The translations under genes were made by a program, and so were the position numbers. A DNA stretch of 61,155 bases from Bdellovibrionia bacterium (GTDB lineage: Bacteria > Bdellovibrionota > UBA1018 > JBILEK01). The stretch covers positions 1-61,155 of the forward strand of contig JBILEK010000005.1 of assembly GCA_044352155.1 (NCBI GenBank), in the 5' to 3' direction. Positions 10,173 through 19,704 of the stretch are shown here, piece by piece. How positions within the stretch are numbered: position 1 is the first letter of the stretch; each line of letters starts with the position of its first letter. The notes beneath the pieces are model-generated. The model searched no databases. It was not told the origin of the DNA and worked only from the letters and a program-made list of their open reading frames with translations.

Positions 10173-10808
10173 TTACTTGCTCCATCTGACATGGGTCACG
10201 CTCGCCGGCGGTAAGCTTAAGAGCACGAGTTTTTTTCGGATGATTTTTCCTTCTGTCTTGGCTCGAATCAGACGCTCAAGCTCTCGCATCCGCTTGCGGA
10301 GGTCGGAAAACGGAGCCCATTTCCGCACCGTGCGAAAAATCAGATATTCAAAGTAAGAAACACTCCCTCCCGGTACCAGCAAACGATCAAATTGCTCAAA
10401 CACACTCGCGACCCAGCTTGCACTAAAGTTAGTGAGCGGAAGTGCTGAGATGATCGCGTCGAATTTTCGAGGATCTTCGTACTTGAGAACATCCCCCTCG
10501 ATAATCTCCAGCTGAGGACAACGAGGACTAAGCCTCCAGTCACGCGCTTTCTCTCGAAGGATTTCACAAAAATAAGGATTCACTTCAATGAGGACCAAGG
10601 TGTCTTTTTGATCGAGCTTCTTAAGAATTTGCTCAGTAACGGGCCCCACCCCAGCACCGACCTCAAGGACTCGTAGACTCGATGATCCAGCCGCAAGCAT
10701 CCGGGCCATCTCTTGACCGAGCTGTGAAGTGCTTGGCCAAACTGAGCCAATCTGGCGTTGCAGCCTCAAAAACTCTCGAAGAAACACCCACCACCGCCGT
10801 GCGGCCAT
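10173..10808 (-). CDS. Class I SAM-dependent methyltransferase, phospholipid N-methyltransferase (PmtA)-like
   Basis: IGSVWPS, VLEVGAGVG, IISALPL motifs; ATG at 10808. Confidence 0.75.
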   Translation of the reverse strand: MAARRWWVFLREFLRLQRQIGSVWPSTSQLGQEMARMLAAGSSSLRVLEVGAGVGPVTEQILKKLDQKDTLVLIEVNPYFCEILREKARDWRLSPRCPQLEIIEGDVLKYEDPRKFDAIISALPLTNFSASWVASVFEQFDRLLVPGGSVSYFEYLIFRTVRKWAPFSDLRKRMRELERLIRAKTEGKIIRKKLVLLSLPPASVTHVRWSK

Positions 10809-10812
10809 CGCG

Positions 10813-12267
10813 CTAATCTCTCCAGTACTCGTCGAGCGGCACCTCACCCCCCACCGTGAGAGTCCGAATCCGGAGCGTGGGTTGCGCATCGGTTACGGGC
10901 GCTCCTTGTCCGTCTTTCCCACACGTCCCGTTGATAAAACCCAAATCTGTGCCGAGACGATCAATATCCTGAAGCACTTTGGGTCCGTTGCCGACGAGCG
11001 TTGCTCCGCGGATTGCTTCTCCGAGCTTACCGTCTTTTATCCAATAGCCCTCGTTCACCGCAAAAACAAAATCGCCGGTGACCGTATCCACTGACCCGCC
11101 ACCCATCTGCTTAACGTAGACGCCTAACTTCGTGTCTCGCACGATCGAGTCTGGATCATGGGGGCCCGGGGCAATGTAGGTGTTGGTCATCCGGACAATC
11201 GGACGATGCCGAAAAGTCTGACGCCGACCGTTGCCTGTGGAGGGAAGGTCAAACTTCATTGAGGAGAGTCGATCCACCATGTAGGTTTTAAGCACGCCGT
11301 TCTCAATCAAAACATTTCGCTGCGAGGGGTGCCCTTCATCGTCTACGGCAAAGCTTCCACGCTTTCTTGGAATTGAGCCGTCATCGATAACGGTGATGAG
11401 TGGAGATGCGATCTGCTCGCCTATTTTTCCTTGATAGACCGAAAGTCCGTTGCATGCCAAATCAGCCTCGAGTCCGTGTCCTACGGCCTCATGAATCATC
11501 GTTCCACCCGCCTCAGCCGCAATCACGACTGAGAGCGCTCCTGAAGGCGCTTGACGAGCGGAGAGCAGGGTCTCGACCGTGCGCGCAGCTTTTGCTCCTA
11601 TTTCTTCTGGGAGCTCGCGATCGAAAAACTCAAAGCCTTCTTGTCCACCGCGAGACTGATAGGCGGTTTCGATGCGCCCTTCTCTCTCGCCAACGACTTC
11701 GACAAACATCTGAATCTGAAGCATCTCATCGGCAGAAACTCGTCCTTCAGAGTTTATGACTAGGATTTTACGCAGATAATCCGCATAAGATGCCGAGACC
11801 TGTCGGGGCTTAGGGATCACTTGATGCACTCCCTTTTCTGCACGCTTTAAGAGCTCAATTTTTTCAGCTGTAGGCACTAATCGAGGCGAGCGTTTAACGA
11901 CTGAAGCACGCTTAAGATTGAGCGCGGGCGTCCACCAATCCGTACGTGGCGAGCGCGACAGCGTCTCTTGAGTGATCGCAACAGAAAGGTCATCTGCAAG
12001 AGCGTCTAGGGCTTTTTGGTTCAGTTGGGTGGTGTAGCCATCTACGGATCTGCCGCGCGCAAGAATTCTTAAACCCACACCGCGATCGCGCCCCTCAATC
12101 GCCCGGTCCAACCGGCCCGCCTCCCAGAGAAGCTGCGTTTGATCTCGATCCTCAAAAAAAAGTTCTGCAAACTCGGCCCCCGTGCTCAAAGCTTTTTTCA
12201 AAGTTTGCAGAGGATCAATCCCGTTCAACCCAAAGCGCTCAAGCTCGGCGCTGATCTCAAAGTTCAT
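10813..12267 (-). CDS. tldD: TldD metalloprotease
   Basis: HEAVGHGLEAD, DDEG, TGNGRR, RMTNT, GTCGKDGQ motifs. Confidence 0.93.
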   Translation of the reverse strand: MNFEISAELERFGLNGIDPLQTLKKALSTGAEFAELFFEDRDQTQLLWEAGRLDRAIEGRDRGVGLRILARGRSVDGYTTQLNQKALDALADDLSVAITQETLSRSPRTDWWTPALNLKRASVVKRSPRLVPTAEKIELLKRAEKGVHQVIPKPRQVSASYADYLRKILVINSEGRVSADEMLQIQMFVEVVGEREGRIETAYQSRGGQEGFEFFDRELPEEIGAKAARTVETLLSARQAPSGALSVVIAAEAGGTMIHEAVGHGLEADLACNGLSVYQGKIGEQIASPLITVIDDGSIPRKRGSFAVDDEGHPSQRNVLIENGVLKTYMVDRLSSMKFDLPSTGNGRRQTFRHRPIVRMTNTYIAPGPHDPDSIVRDTKLGVYVKQMGGGSVDTVTGDFVFAVNEGYWIKDGKLGEAIRGATLVGNGPKVLQDIDRLGTDLGFINGTCGKDGQGAPVTDAQPTLRIRTLTVGGEVPLDEYWRD

Positions 12268-12472
12268 TCACCCATTCTCCCAGGTCTTCAAGGATTTCGT
12301 CGACCTCAGAAGCAAAGTCTGAGCTGAACGTCAATTCTAAGTCGCGATGTAAGTCTCCCACGTGGTGAGGGAGGGTCGAGTAGCTCGTGATCCCTTCGTG
12401 CGACTCCAAGATGAAGTAAACGTAAGCCGAGTCCTCTTTCTTGACCCGAATCTTTTTCTTAAGGGCTTCCAT
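12257..12472 (-). CDS. DUF4911-like small protein
   Basis: YVYFILESHEGI motif, 71 aa, overlaps the tldD start. Confidence 0.65.
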   Translation of the reverse strand: MEALKKKIRVKKEDSAYVYFILESHEGITSYSTLPHHVGDLHRDLELTFSSDFASEVDEILEDLGEWVNEL

Positions 12473-12510
12473 GCTTGCGGGTTTCCTTACCCAATCTTAT
12501 CCTGAGAGAC

Positions 12511-13359
12511 ATGGCAAAACACGTCCAAGCTTGGCCTACTGTCAAAATATTACCGCTGACCGGAGTGACCCGGTGGATCCTATTGCTCCCCCTTTTTGTT
12601 TGGGGATGCGCGCACACCAAGAGCGATACCAAATCAGAGAAGCCGACTGAAACACAAGAGCTCCAAAGTCGAGTCAGTGAGCTCCAAAATCGAGTATCAG
12701 AGCTTCAGAAAAAACTCGACGACGTCAACGGCCGCATGGGTGCACTCAGCGACAAAATCGCCGTAGCTCCCACTGCTTCAATGCCTCTTGCTCAGTCCCC
12801 CATCGCACCTTCCACGGGCGTAGGCCGTAAAGCACAACCCCCGCTTTCTCAATCAGATCCCGAACTCGGGTTGAGCCAAGGTGATGCGATCCAGCAGTTT
12901 CGAGGCGCTCTGGTGTTCTTTGAAGCGGCCAAGTACCCGGAGGCCATCTTAGGGCTTTCTAACTTTCTCAAGGAGTATGCAGATCACTCCCTCGCTCCTG
13001 CAGCGCAGTTCACGCTCGGAGAAGCGTATTTTCAGCAAAAAGAGTATCGAGTCGCCGTAGAGGAGTATCAACGCGTGCTCCTCTCCTACACACGCTCAAG
13101 CTACGTGTCCGACAGCCTGAAACGTTTGGCAGAATGTTTTGAAAAAATGGGACGCAAAGACGATCTCAATCGTAATCGCCAGCTTTTGATGAGCCTTTTT
13201 CCTCAATCGCCAGCAGCTTACGGGTTTGCAAACGCCGCAAGCCCTGAGCCTGCTGCAGGTGCACCCGCTCCCTTGACCGCTCCACTCCCTGACGCTGTTC
13301 CTGCCATCGAGCCTGGTACTCCCACTGAAGAGACCGCTCCCCAAGGGCTGTCCGGATGA
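12511..13359 (+). CDS. cpoB: CpoB/YbgF-like TPR lipoprotein
   Basis: Lipobox-like FVWGC, coiled coil, TPR repeats (AAQFTLGEAYF, FPQSPAA). Confidence 0.75.
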   Translation: MAKHVQAWPTVKILPLTGVTRWILLLPLFVWGCAHTKSDTKSEKPTETQELQSRVSELQNRVSELQKKLDDVNGRMGALSDKIAVAPTASMPLAQSPIAPSTGVGRKAQPPLSQSDPELGLSQGDAIQQFRGALVFFEAAKYPEAILGLSNFLKEYADHSLAPAAQFTLGEAYFQQKEYRVAVEEYQRVLLSYTRSSYVSDSLKRLAECFEKMGRKDDLNRNRQLLMSLFPQSPAAYGFANAASPEPAAGAPAPLTAPLPDAVPAIEPGTPTEETAPQGLSG

Positions 13360-14915
13360 TGCACTCCTCGTTGGGAATAATCGCAGCGTTGCTGATCGCA
13401 CCTGCGCAAGCGTCGGTCGCGCCCAGTAGCCCAGAGATGCAGTCTTTGGGAGTGGCGCGCAATCTCAGTCCTATCAGTGATGAGCAGTGGAAGTCGATCG
13501 CAGGTGAGCGCGCCACCGAGAACTACGAAATCGCTAAAGGCGATACTTTGTTTGATGTTTCAAAACGATTTTTTGGTGATGGAAAATACTGGCCGAAGAT
13601 CTGGGCCATTAACAACGGACGCGTTCTGAATCCCCATCTCATCTATCCGGGCAATCGAATCGCGTTTAATCCAGGCTCAGGCTCAAGCTTACCTTCGATT
13701 GACGTCAGCGGCACTCTAAGGACAAGCACGATCCACTCGGATGCAGGCACTTCAGTTCTTCCAGTTAAAAGGCGCTCGGAGGAATGGAAGACTCTCCCCC
13801 CGCAACGCTGGGAGCAAGTGACTCTTAAGCCGAGCCAAGAAGTGGATCCTCTAGGCTTTGATCGACGCAGCAAGATCGTGTTCAAGCAACCGACCGGAAC
13901 GACACTGAAGTACATCGTTCGCGAGGAGGACTACGAGCCGCTCGGCACGATCCAGCACGCAAAGACCGAAGCCACAAAGCTTGGCATTGGAGATCAGGTG
14001 TTCATTGAAAATCACTCAAACCTTCAAGTGGGCGAGGAGTATGCGATCGTTCCGTCAATCGCCTATCCGCTCTTAGGATCTACCTCTGGCGCAGGCGCTT
14101 ATGCGTATGAAAACTCGGGCGTCGTACTGATCAAAGGAGTGCGAGGATCTGTTTTTCTAGGGGAAATCACTCAGGCTTACAGCTTGATTGAGCGAGGCTC
14201 CATCCTTGTTCCTAAAATTGAGCGCGTCCCTGAGCTTGCCCCAATTCCGGGGCCTGAGCCGATTGAAGCAAGCATCACTTTAGATCCGGGAAACTCTACT
14301 TTTCTCTCCTCGCAGCTTCGTTATGTGTTCATCGATCGAGGAGCAAAAGATGGCATCACTTCTGGCATGGTTTTCCGAAGTTACCAGCGAACTGACCCAA
14401 ACATGAAAGTAGAATTCACTGACTCCAATATCGTGCGCGAATCCGATTTCATGGTTCTTCAGGTCACAACAAACTACAGCGTGGCTTACACCATTCACTC
14501 CATCGGAACATTCGGATCAAATAACCCAGCGTTTCTACTCACTGACGTCTCGGAAGTTCAGCGCCAAATGGAAGGGGGAGCCGCCGCTCCTGCTATCGGA
14601 AGTGAGCTCGATCAACTGGACGAGCTCGATCAAGGCTCTGAGCTCAGCGAAGAGGAACGACGAGAGCTTGAACAGCTTGAGAACTATCCTGGCGAAGGAG
14701 AAGCACCTCCCGCAGAAAGCATCGAGCAAAACTCACCTCTTGAGCAAGACGCAGGATTAGAGCCGCCCAGCGACGAGATCCCAAGCGATATACCGACGGA
14801 GGAGTTGCCACCTCCTGACGCTGAAACTCCTCCATCAAGTGATCTTAGTCCTGAAGCTCCTGAATCAACGACTCCACCCAGTGCAGACGAGCCCCTGGAC
14901 TCTCTCCCGGAGTGA
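13356..14915 (+). CDS. LysM peptidoglycan-binding protein, TsaP-like, with acidic Pro-rich tail
   Basis: Signal peptide, LysM (GDTLFDVSKRFFGDGKYWPKIWAIN...NPHLIYPG); upstream of dprA like tsaP. Confidence 0.75.
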   Translation: MMHSSLGIIAALLIAPAQASVAPSSPEMQSLGVARNLSPISDEQWKSIAGERATENYEIAKGDTLFDVSKRFFGDGKYWPKIWAINNGRVLNPHLIYPGNRIAFNPGSGSSLPSIDVSGTLRTSTIHSDAGTSVLPVKRRSEEWKTLPPQRWEQVTLKPSQEVDPLGFDRRSKIVFKQPTGTTLKYIVREEDYEPLGTIQHAKTEATKLGIGDQVFIENHSNLQVGEEYAIVPSIAYPLLGSTSGAGAYAYENSGVVLIKGVRGSVFLGEITQAYSLIERGSILVPKIERVPELAPIPGPEPIEASITLDPGNSTFLSSQLRYVFIDRGAKDGITSGMVFRSYQRTDPNMKVEFTDSNIVRESDFMVLQVTTNYSVAYTIHSIGTFGSNNPAFLLTDVSEVQRQMEGGAAAPAIGSELDQLDELDQGSELSEEERRELEQLENYPGEGEAPPAESIEQNSPLEQDAGLEPPSDEIPSDIPTEELPPPDAETPPSSDLSPEAPESTTPPSADEPLDSLPE

Positions 14916-14954
14916 TCGAAACGTTTTGGTCGCAGGCTTGCATTGCTCACTCGT

Positions 14955-15806
14955 ATGAGTGTGCAAAATTTTTTTATACCTCGTGCTGATCTACCTCCGT
15001 TTATTAGAGCCATTTGTAAGAGACAGGGTCTCTACATTGCTCGACGCGATGATCGTGCACTTCAGCTGTTGGAGCGTATTCCAGATCGCGGAATTGGCAT
15101 CGTAGGCACGCGGGAGCCCCGAGAGCGCTCCGTACGACTTGTCGACTCCTGGGTGCAGGCTTTTTCTAAAAAAGAGCTCGTCGTACTATCTGGATTTGCG
15201 CGTGGCATCGACGCTGCTGCTCACGAAGCCGCACTGAAGCACGACTTACCGACGGTTGCATTTCTTGCTTGTGGCCTCCTGCTCCCCTACCCTGCAGAGC
15301 ATGCACAGTTACGCGAGCGCATTTTGGACGCCGGCGGACTACTGATCACTGAGTACGAGCCTCTTGAGCCTGCTGTGAAATCGAACTTTCTCGAGCGCAA
15401 TAGATGGATCGCGCTTTGCGCTCGTGGCACTTGGGTTGTCGAAGCTGCACGTCGCAGTGGAGCGCTAAACACGGCTAAATGGGCACGAGATGCATCACGA
15501 ACCGTCTGGGCGACTCCTGCATTTCCGGGAGATGTAGCCTTTCAAGGCAATCTCGATTTGCTCGAGCTTCACGGAGCGATCGCACTCTGGGGCCCGGGCT
15601 GCTTTGCTCAAGAGTGGATGGACTGCGCAACTCTGATCCGCCCTGAGCCCGCCTCGGAGGAGCCTGAGTTTTTTGAGTCGCGTGACTGGAGCAATTCCTA
15701 CCACCGCGCCAAAAAGATCTTAGGCACCCCTCCTCCTGACCAGCGGCTCTGGGATCGCTTGCTGGATGAGGGGCCTACTGCTTCAGCGCCGACCACTCCC
15801 GCTTGA
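14955..15806 (+). CDS. dprA: DNA-processing protein DprA
   Basis: IVGTR, SGFARGIDAAAH, FLERNR, VVEAARRSGALNTA. Confidence 0.9.
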   Translation: MSVQNFFIPRADLPPFIRAICKRQGLYIARRDDRALQLLERIPDRGIGIVGTREPRERSVRLVDSWVQAFSKKELVVLSGFARGIDAAAHEAALKHDLPTVAFLACGLLLPYPAEHAQLRERILDAGGLLITEYEPLEPAVKSNFLERNRWIALCARGTWVVEAARRSGALNTAKWARDASRTVWATPAFPGDVAFQGNLDLLELHGAIALWGPGCFAQEWMDCATLIRPEPASEEPEFFESRDWSNSYHRAKKILGTPPPDQRLWDRLLDEGPTASAPTTPA

Positions 15807-16941
15807 GTTGCATCTTGCGCTCTCCGCGCTTGAGTGCAAGCTCAATCAGACGGGTTAGTAACTCAGAGTATGATACGCCACTTGCCTCCATCATCTTTGG
15901 ATACATAGAAATGGACGTGAATCCCGGAATCGTATTGATCTCATTAAAAAAGAGCTCTCCACTGTCGCGATCCAAAAACAAATCCACGCGGCTCATGCCC
16001 TCACACTCCAAAACCTGAAACACCGTACGCGCGATTTCTTGCCCCTTCTGCACAAGCTCCGTGGGAAGTCGAGCTGGGAGCTCAAGAGCCGCTCCATTCT
16101 CGTCGAGGTACTTCGCTTCGTAGGAGTAAAACTCATGTTTTGGGATGATTTCTCCCGGCACGCTTACGATCGGTAGCTCTCCGACGTTCTGGGACTCAAG
16201 CACTGCAAATTCAATCTCGCGTGCGTTGATCGCACGCTCAACAAGAACCTTAAGGTCGTACTGAAACGCATCCTCCAGGGCAGATCGAAGATCTGCGTCG
16301 GTTTTTACTTTATGCACACCTACGCTCGAACCCAAACTCGCCGGCTTGACAAACATCGGCGTCCGAAGAGTGCTCAGAACTTTGCGCAAGCATCCTTCTC
16401 GATCGGAGATCCACTGAGACTTTTTCAACGTAACCGAGGGGACAACGGCGATCCCAGAGGCCTGCACCAGGCGCTTGGAGAAGTCCTTGTCCATACCGAC
16501 TGCCGATGACAACACACCCGGTCCGACGTAAGGGATCTCACCTAACTCAAGAAGACCTTGGATCGCTCCATCCTCACAGTGAGTTCCGTGCATGACAGGA
16601 AACACGACATCAAAGGCTTGCGCTTGGATGGCTCGAGCGGTTGCCTGCAAGGGCATGAGCTGTGCAGGCCCCGAGCTCACTCCTGGTTTTAAAACCACTG
16701 CGTTTTCAGGAAAGGCTAAAACACATAACTCCTGAGTCTGACTGACCTCTCTCTCTCCCCAATCTCCCAGATACCACTGCCCCTTGTGGTCAATCCCGAT
16801 CGGCACCACATCAAAACGCGTACGATCGAGATTGCGAATCACGCTAGCTGCGGAGCGCAGCGAGATTTCATGCTCGCTTGACCTGCCGCCATAAAGCACT
16901 GCGACACGAATTTTTTGAGTAGGAGTGGATTTGCTCATCAT
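15775..16941 (-). CDS. ddl: D-alanine--D-alanine ligase
   Basis: GGRSSEHEISLRSA, HGTHCEDG, GSSVG, YEAKY, EINTIPGFT. Confidence 0.95.
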   Translation of the reverse strand: MMSKSTPTQKIRVAVLYGGRSSEHEISLRSAASVIRNLDRTRFDVVPIGIDHKGQWYLGDWGEREVSQTQELCVLAFPENAVVLKPGVSSGPAQLMPLQATARAIQAQAFDVVFPVMHGTHCEDGAIQGLLELGEIPYVGPGVLSSAVGMDKDFSKRLVQASGIAVVPSVTLKKSQWISDREGCLRKVLSTLRTPMFVKPASLGSSVGVHKVKTDADLRSALEDAFQYDLKVLVERAINAREIEFAVLESQNVGELPIVSVPGEIIPKHEFYSYEAKYLDENGAALELPARLPTELVQKGQEIARTVFQVLECEGMSRVDLFLDRDSGELFFNEINTIPGFTSISMYPKMMEASGVSYSELLTRLIELALKRGERKMQLKREWSALKQ

Positions 16942-17036
16942 CAAGTCTCATGATCCCTCGAACTCAGCGCTTGATTCAACCTGAAATGCTCATTACTGTG
17001 AGCACCTCACTTCACTACAGGAAGGATAGCCTCCAC

Positions 17037-18335
17037 ATGGCATCGAACCACGACCTCAGCTCCAATCTTTGGGACACAAGCCTTCTCTACCAAAACGCTG
17101 CTGCCGATCTTGCTGAAGCAGCCAAGACCATGAAGCTTGACGGCAACATCCTGGAGCGCCTGATGCGTCCGAAGCGCGCTCTGTGTGTGAGCGTGCCAGT
17201 TCGCATGGACAACGGTGAAGTCAAAGTTTTCGAAGGATATCGCGTACACCACTCCATGACGCTCGGACCTGCAAAAGGGGGCATCCGATTTCATGAAGAG
17301 GTCAACATCTCAGAGGTTGCAGCTCTGGCCATGCTCATGAGCTTTAAGTGCTCGCTTGTCGATCTGCCCTTGGGCGGAGCGAAGGGGGGGATTCGCGTAA
17401 ACTCCTCGCAGCTTTCGCGTGCAGAACACCAAGCTCTCATGCGGCGCTATACGATGGAGATCGGTCAAATGATCGGCCCTGAGATCGATGTCCCGGCTCC
17501 GGACGTCGGCACTGATGGTCAACACATGGCCTGGCTCATGGATACCTACTCGCAAATGAAAGGCTATGCCGTGCCTGGTGTCGTGACCGGAAAGCCTGTC
17601 GAAATCGGCGGATCACTCGGTCGAGCCGAAAGTACCAGTCGAGGAGTTGTCTACTCGATCGAGGAGGCTGTGAAGTACCTCGATAAGACCGGGGAAATGC
17701 GTCTCCGCTTGGACGGAGCAACCGCGACGATCCAAGGCTTTGGTAAAGTCGGAGCGATTGCATCGCTTGAGCTCTTTAATCGTGGTGTGAAAGTCATCGC
17801 TGTCAGCGACGTCTACAGCGGTATTTACAACAAAAACGGTCTGAATATTCCTGCCGTTCTGAAACATGTCGCCGAGACGGGTCGACTTGAAGGTTTTCGT
17901 GAAGCCGAGAAGATCACCAACGATCAGCTGATTGAGACTCCAGCCGATATCTTTGCACCGAGCGCGATCGATGGCGTTGTGACTGAGAAGAACATGCACA
18001 AAGTAAAAGCAAAAATCATCGCCGAAGGTGCAAACGGACCGCTCAGCTCCGTTGCGCAAAAGCATCTCGAAGCACAGGGAACGTTCATCATTCCTGACAT
18101 TCTCTGTAACGCTGGAGGCGTGATTGTCTCGTACTTTGAGTGGGTGCAAGGGCTTCAGCAGTTTTTCTGGAGCGAAGACGAAGTGAACAAACGCCTTCGC
18201 ACTGTCATGGACAACTCGTTTGCCAAAGTTGCGCGCACTCGAGAGAAGTACAAGTGCGGGATGAAGTCCGCAGCGCTCATCACTTCTGTTGAGCGTCTCA
18301 GTAAAGCAATGCTTCTTCGGGGATTGTTCCCTTAA
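17037..18335 (+). CDS. gdhA: Glu/Leu/Phe/Val dehydrogenase (glutamate dehydrogenase)
   Basis: GPAKGGIRF, GGAKGG, PAPDVGT, EGANGP, NAGGVIVSYFEW. Confidence 0.93.
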   Translation: MASNHDLSSNLWDTSLLYQNAAADLAEAAKTMKLDGNILERLMRPKRALCVSVPVRMDNGEVKVFEGYRVHHSMTLGPAKGGIRFHEEVNISEVAALAMLMSFKCSLVDLPLGGAKGGIRVNSSQLSRAEHQALMRRYTMEIGQMIGPEIDVPAPDVGTDGQHMAWLMDTYSQMKGYAVPGVVTGKPVEIGGSLGRAESTSRGVVYSIEEAVKYLDKTGEMRLRLDGATATIQGFGKVGAIASLELFNRGVKVIAVSDVYSGIYNKNGLNIPAVLKHVAETGRLEGFREAEKITNDQLIETPADIFAPSAIDGVVTEKNMHKVKAKIIAEGANGPLSSVAQKHLEAQGTFIIPDILCNAGGVIVSYFEWVQGLQQFFWSEDEVNKRLRTVMDNSFAKVARTREKYKCGMKSAALITSVERLSKAMLLRGLFP

Positions 18336-18339
18336 GTCA

Positions 18340-19704
18340 TCATTCGTTCAAATCCGGGCGGCGCAATCCTAGCTCACGCATTTTGAGCTGGAGCCCTTTT
18401 CGGGACAAGCCGAGGCGCTCAGCTGCGCGCGTAACGTTTCCTCCGGTCTCGTCGAGCGCTTTTTCGATCAGCGATCGCTCGTAGGTCTCAGAGTGCCGCT
18501 TAACCAACGTCTTAAAGTCAGTACCTGCATCCTCGATCATCACTTCGGCCGGAGCCGCGTTACATCGAGGAATCTCAGGTGGCAAATCCTGAAGCCTTAA
18601 AACAGGGCCTTCACTCATCAACGTCATGCGCTCAAGAGCGTTCTCAAGCTGTCGGATATTGCCGGGCCAGGTATAAGCACGCAGCGACTCCCAACACTCC
18701 GTCTCAAGCCCTTCAATCGACTTTGAGAACTTCTGGTTGAATTGTTGAATGAAAGTGAGCACCAAAGGCTCAAAATCTTCTTTGCGCTCTCTCAGTGGAG
18801 GTAAATCGATTGGCACAACGTTCAGTCGATAGTAAAGATCCTCCCGAAATCGGCCCGCCTTCACCTCCGCGGCCAGATCCCGATTGGTTGCCGCCACAAT
18901 CCGGACATCAACTTTAATCGGCGAAACTCCGCCCACGCGCTCAAACTCCTGCTCTTGAATCGCGCGTAAGAGTTTCACCTGCATCTCAAGTCCCATGTCC
19001 CCAACTTCGTCCAGAAAAAGAGTCCCTTCATGCGCAAGCTCAAAGCGACCAGGTTTTGAGGTCACAGCACCAGTGAACGCTCCCTTTTCGTAACCAAAAA
19101 ACTCGCTTTCAATCAGCGTCGCAGGGATTGCTGCGCAGTTAATGCGCACAAATGGCTTATCTGCTCGATCGGAGTTTTGGTGGATTTCCAGAGCGACTAA
19201 TTCTTTTCCAGTTCCGCTCTCACCTGAGATCAACACGGTCGATGGGGAACGCGCGATTTTCGAAATCACGCGCAACACTTCTTTCATGGCGGGACTCGAG
19301 CCGCTGAGGCGGGAGAGCTGAGTTTCATTCTGTCTTAGGCGACGCGTCTCGAGCGCTTTTTTTACTACAGCGAGGAGCTCGGATTGATCAAAGGGCTTTG
19401 AGATAAAATCAAACGCTCCGCGCTTTAGAGCAGCGACCGCAGCCTCTACCGTTCCAAACGCAGTCACCATGACCACCGGAAGCTCGGGATCCATCTTCTG
19501 GCAGAGCTCAAGTACAGCCATACCATCGACCTGCGGCATGTAAAGATCGGTAATGACTAGACTTGGCTTTTCAAGCCGAATGCGCTCTTTTGCAAGCACA
19601 CTCTGTCCGACCGCAATCACCTCATACCCCTCGCGCTCGAGGATTGCTTGAAGAACTACGAGGATGTTTCGCTCATCGTCGATGATGAGAATCTTGTGCT
19701 TCAA
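18340..19704 (-). CDS. NtrC-family sigma54 response regulator
   Basis: REC domain (IIDDE, TDLYMP, KPF), [14 protein letters not shown], Fis-type HTH. Confidence 0.93.
   Translation of the reverse strand: MKHKILIIDDERNILVVLQAILEREGYEVIAVGQSVLAKERIRLEKPSLVITDLYMPQVDGMAVLELCQKMDPELPVVMVTAFGTVEAAVAALKRGAFDFISKPFDQSELLAVVKKALETRRLRQNETQLSRLSGSSPAMKEVLRVISKIARSPSTVLISGESGTGKELVALEIHQNSDRADKPFVRINCAAIPATLIESEFFGYEKGAFTGAVTSKPGRFELAHEGTLFLDEVGDMGLEMQVKLLRAIQEQEFERVGGVSPIKVDVRIVAATNRDLAAEVKAGRFREDLYYRLNVVPIDLPPLRERKEDFEPLVLTFIQQFNQKFSKSIEGLETECWESLRAYTWPGNIRQLENALERMTLMSEGPVLRLQDLPPEIPRCNAAPAEVMIEDAGTDFKTLVKRHSETYERSLIEKALDETGGNVTRAAERLGLSRKGLQLKMRELGLRRPDLNE

Noticed and set aside
10813-12267. RiPP cluster suggested by TldD plus a methyltransferase
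   Set aside because: No YcaO, radical SAM, precursor or transporter nearby; the methyltransferase looks PmtA-like
15775-16941. Van-type D-Ala-D-Lac ligase
   Set aside because: The omega loop YEAKY has Tyr, typical of D-Ala-D-Ala ligases; no vanH/vanX
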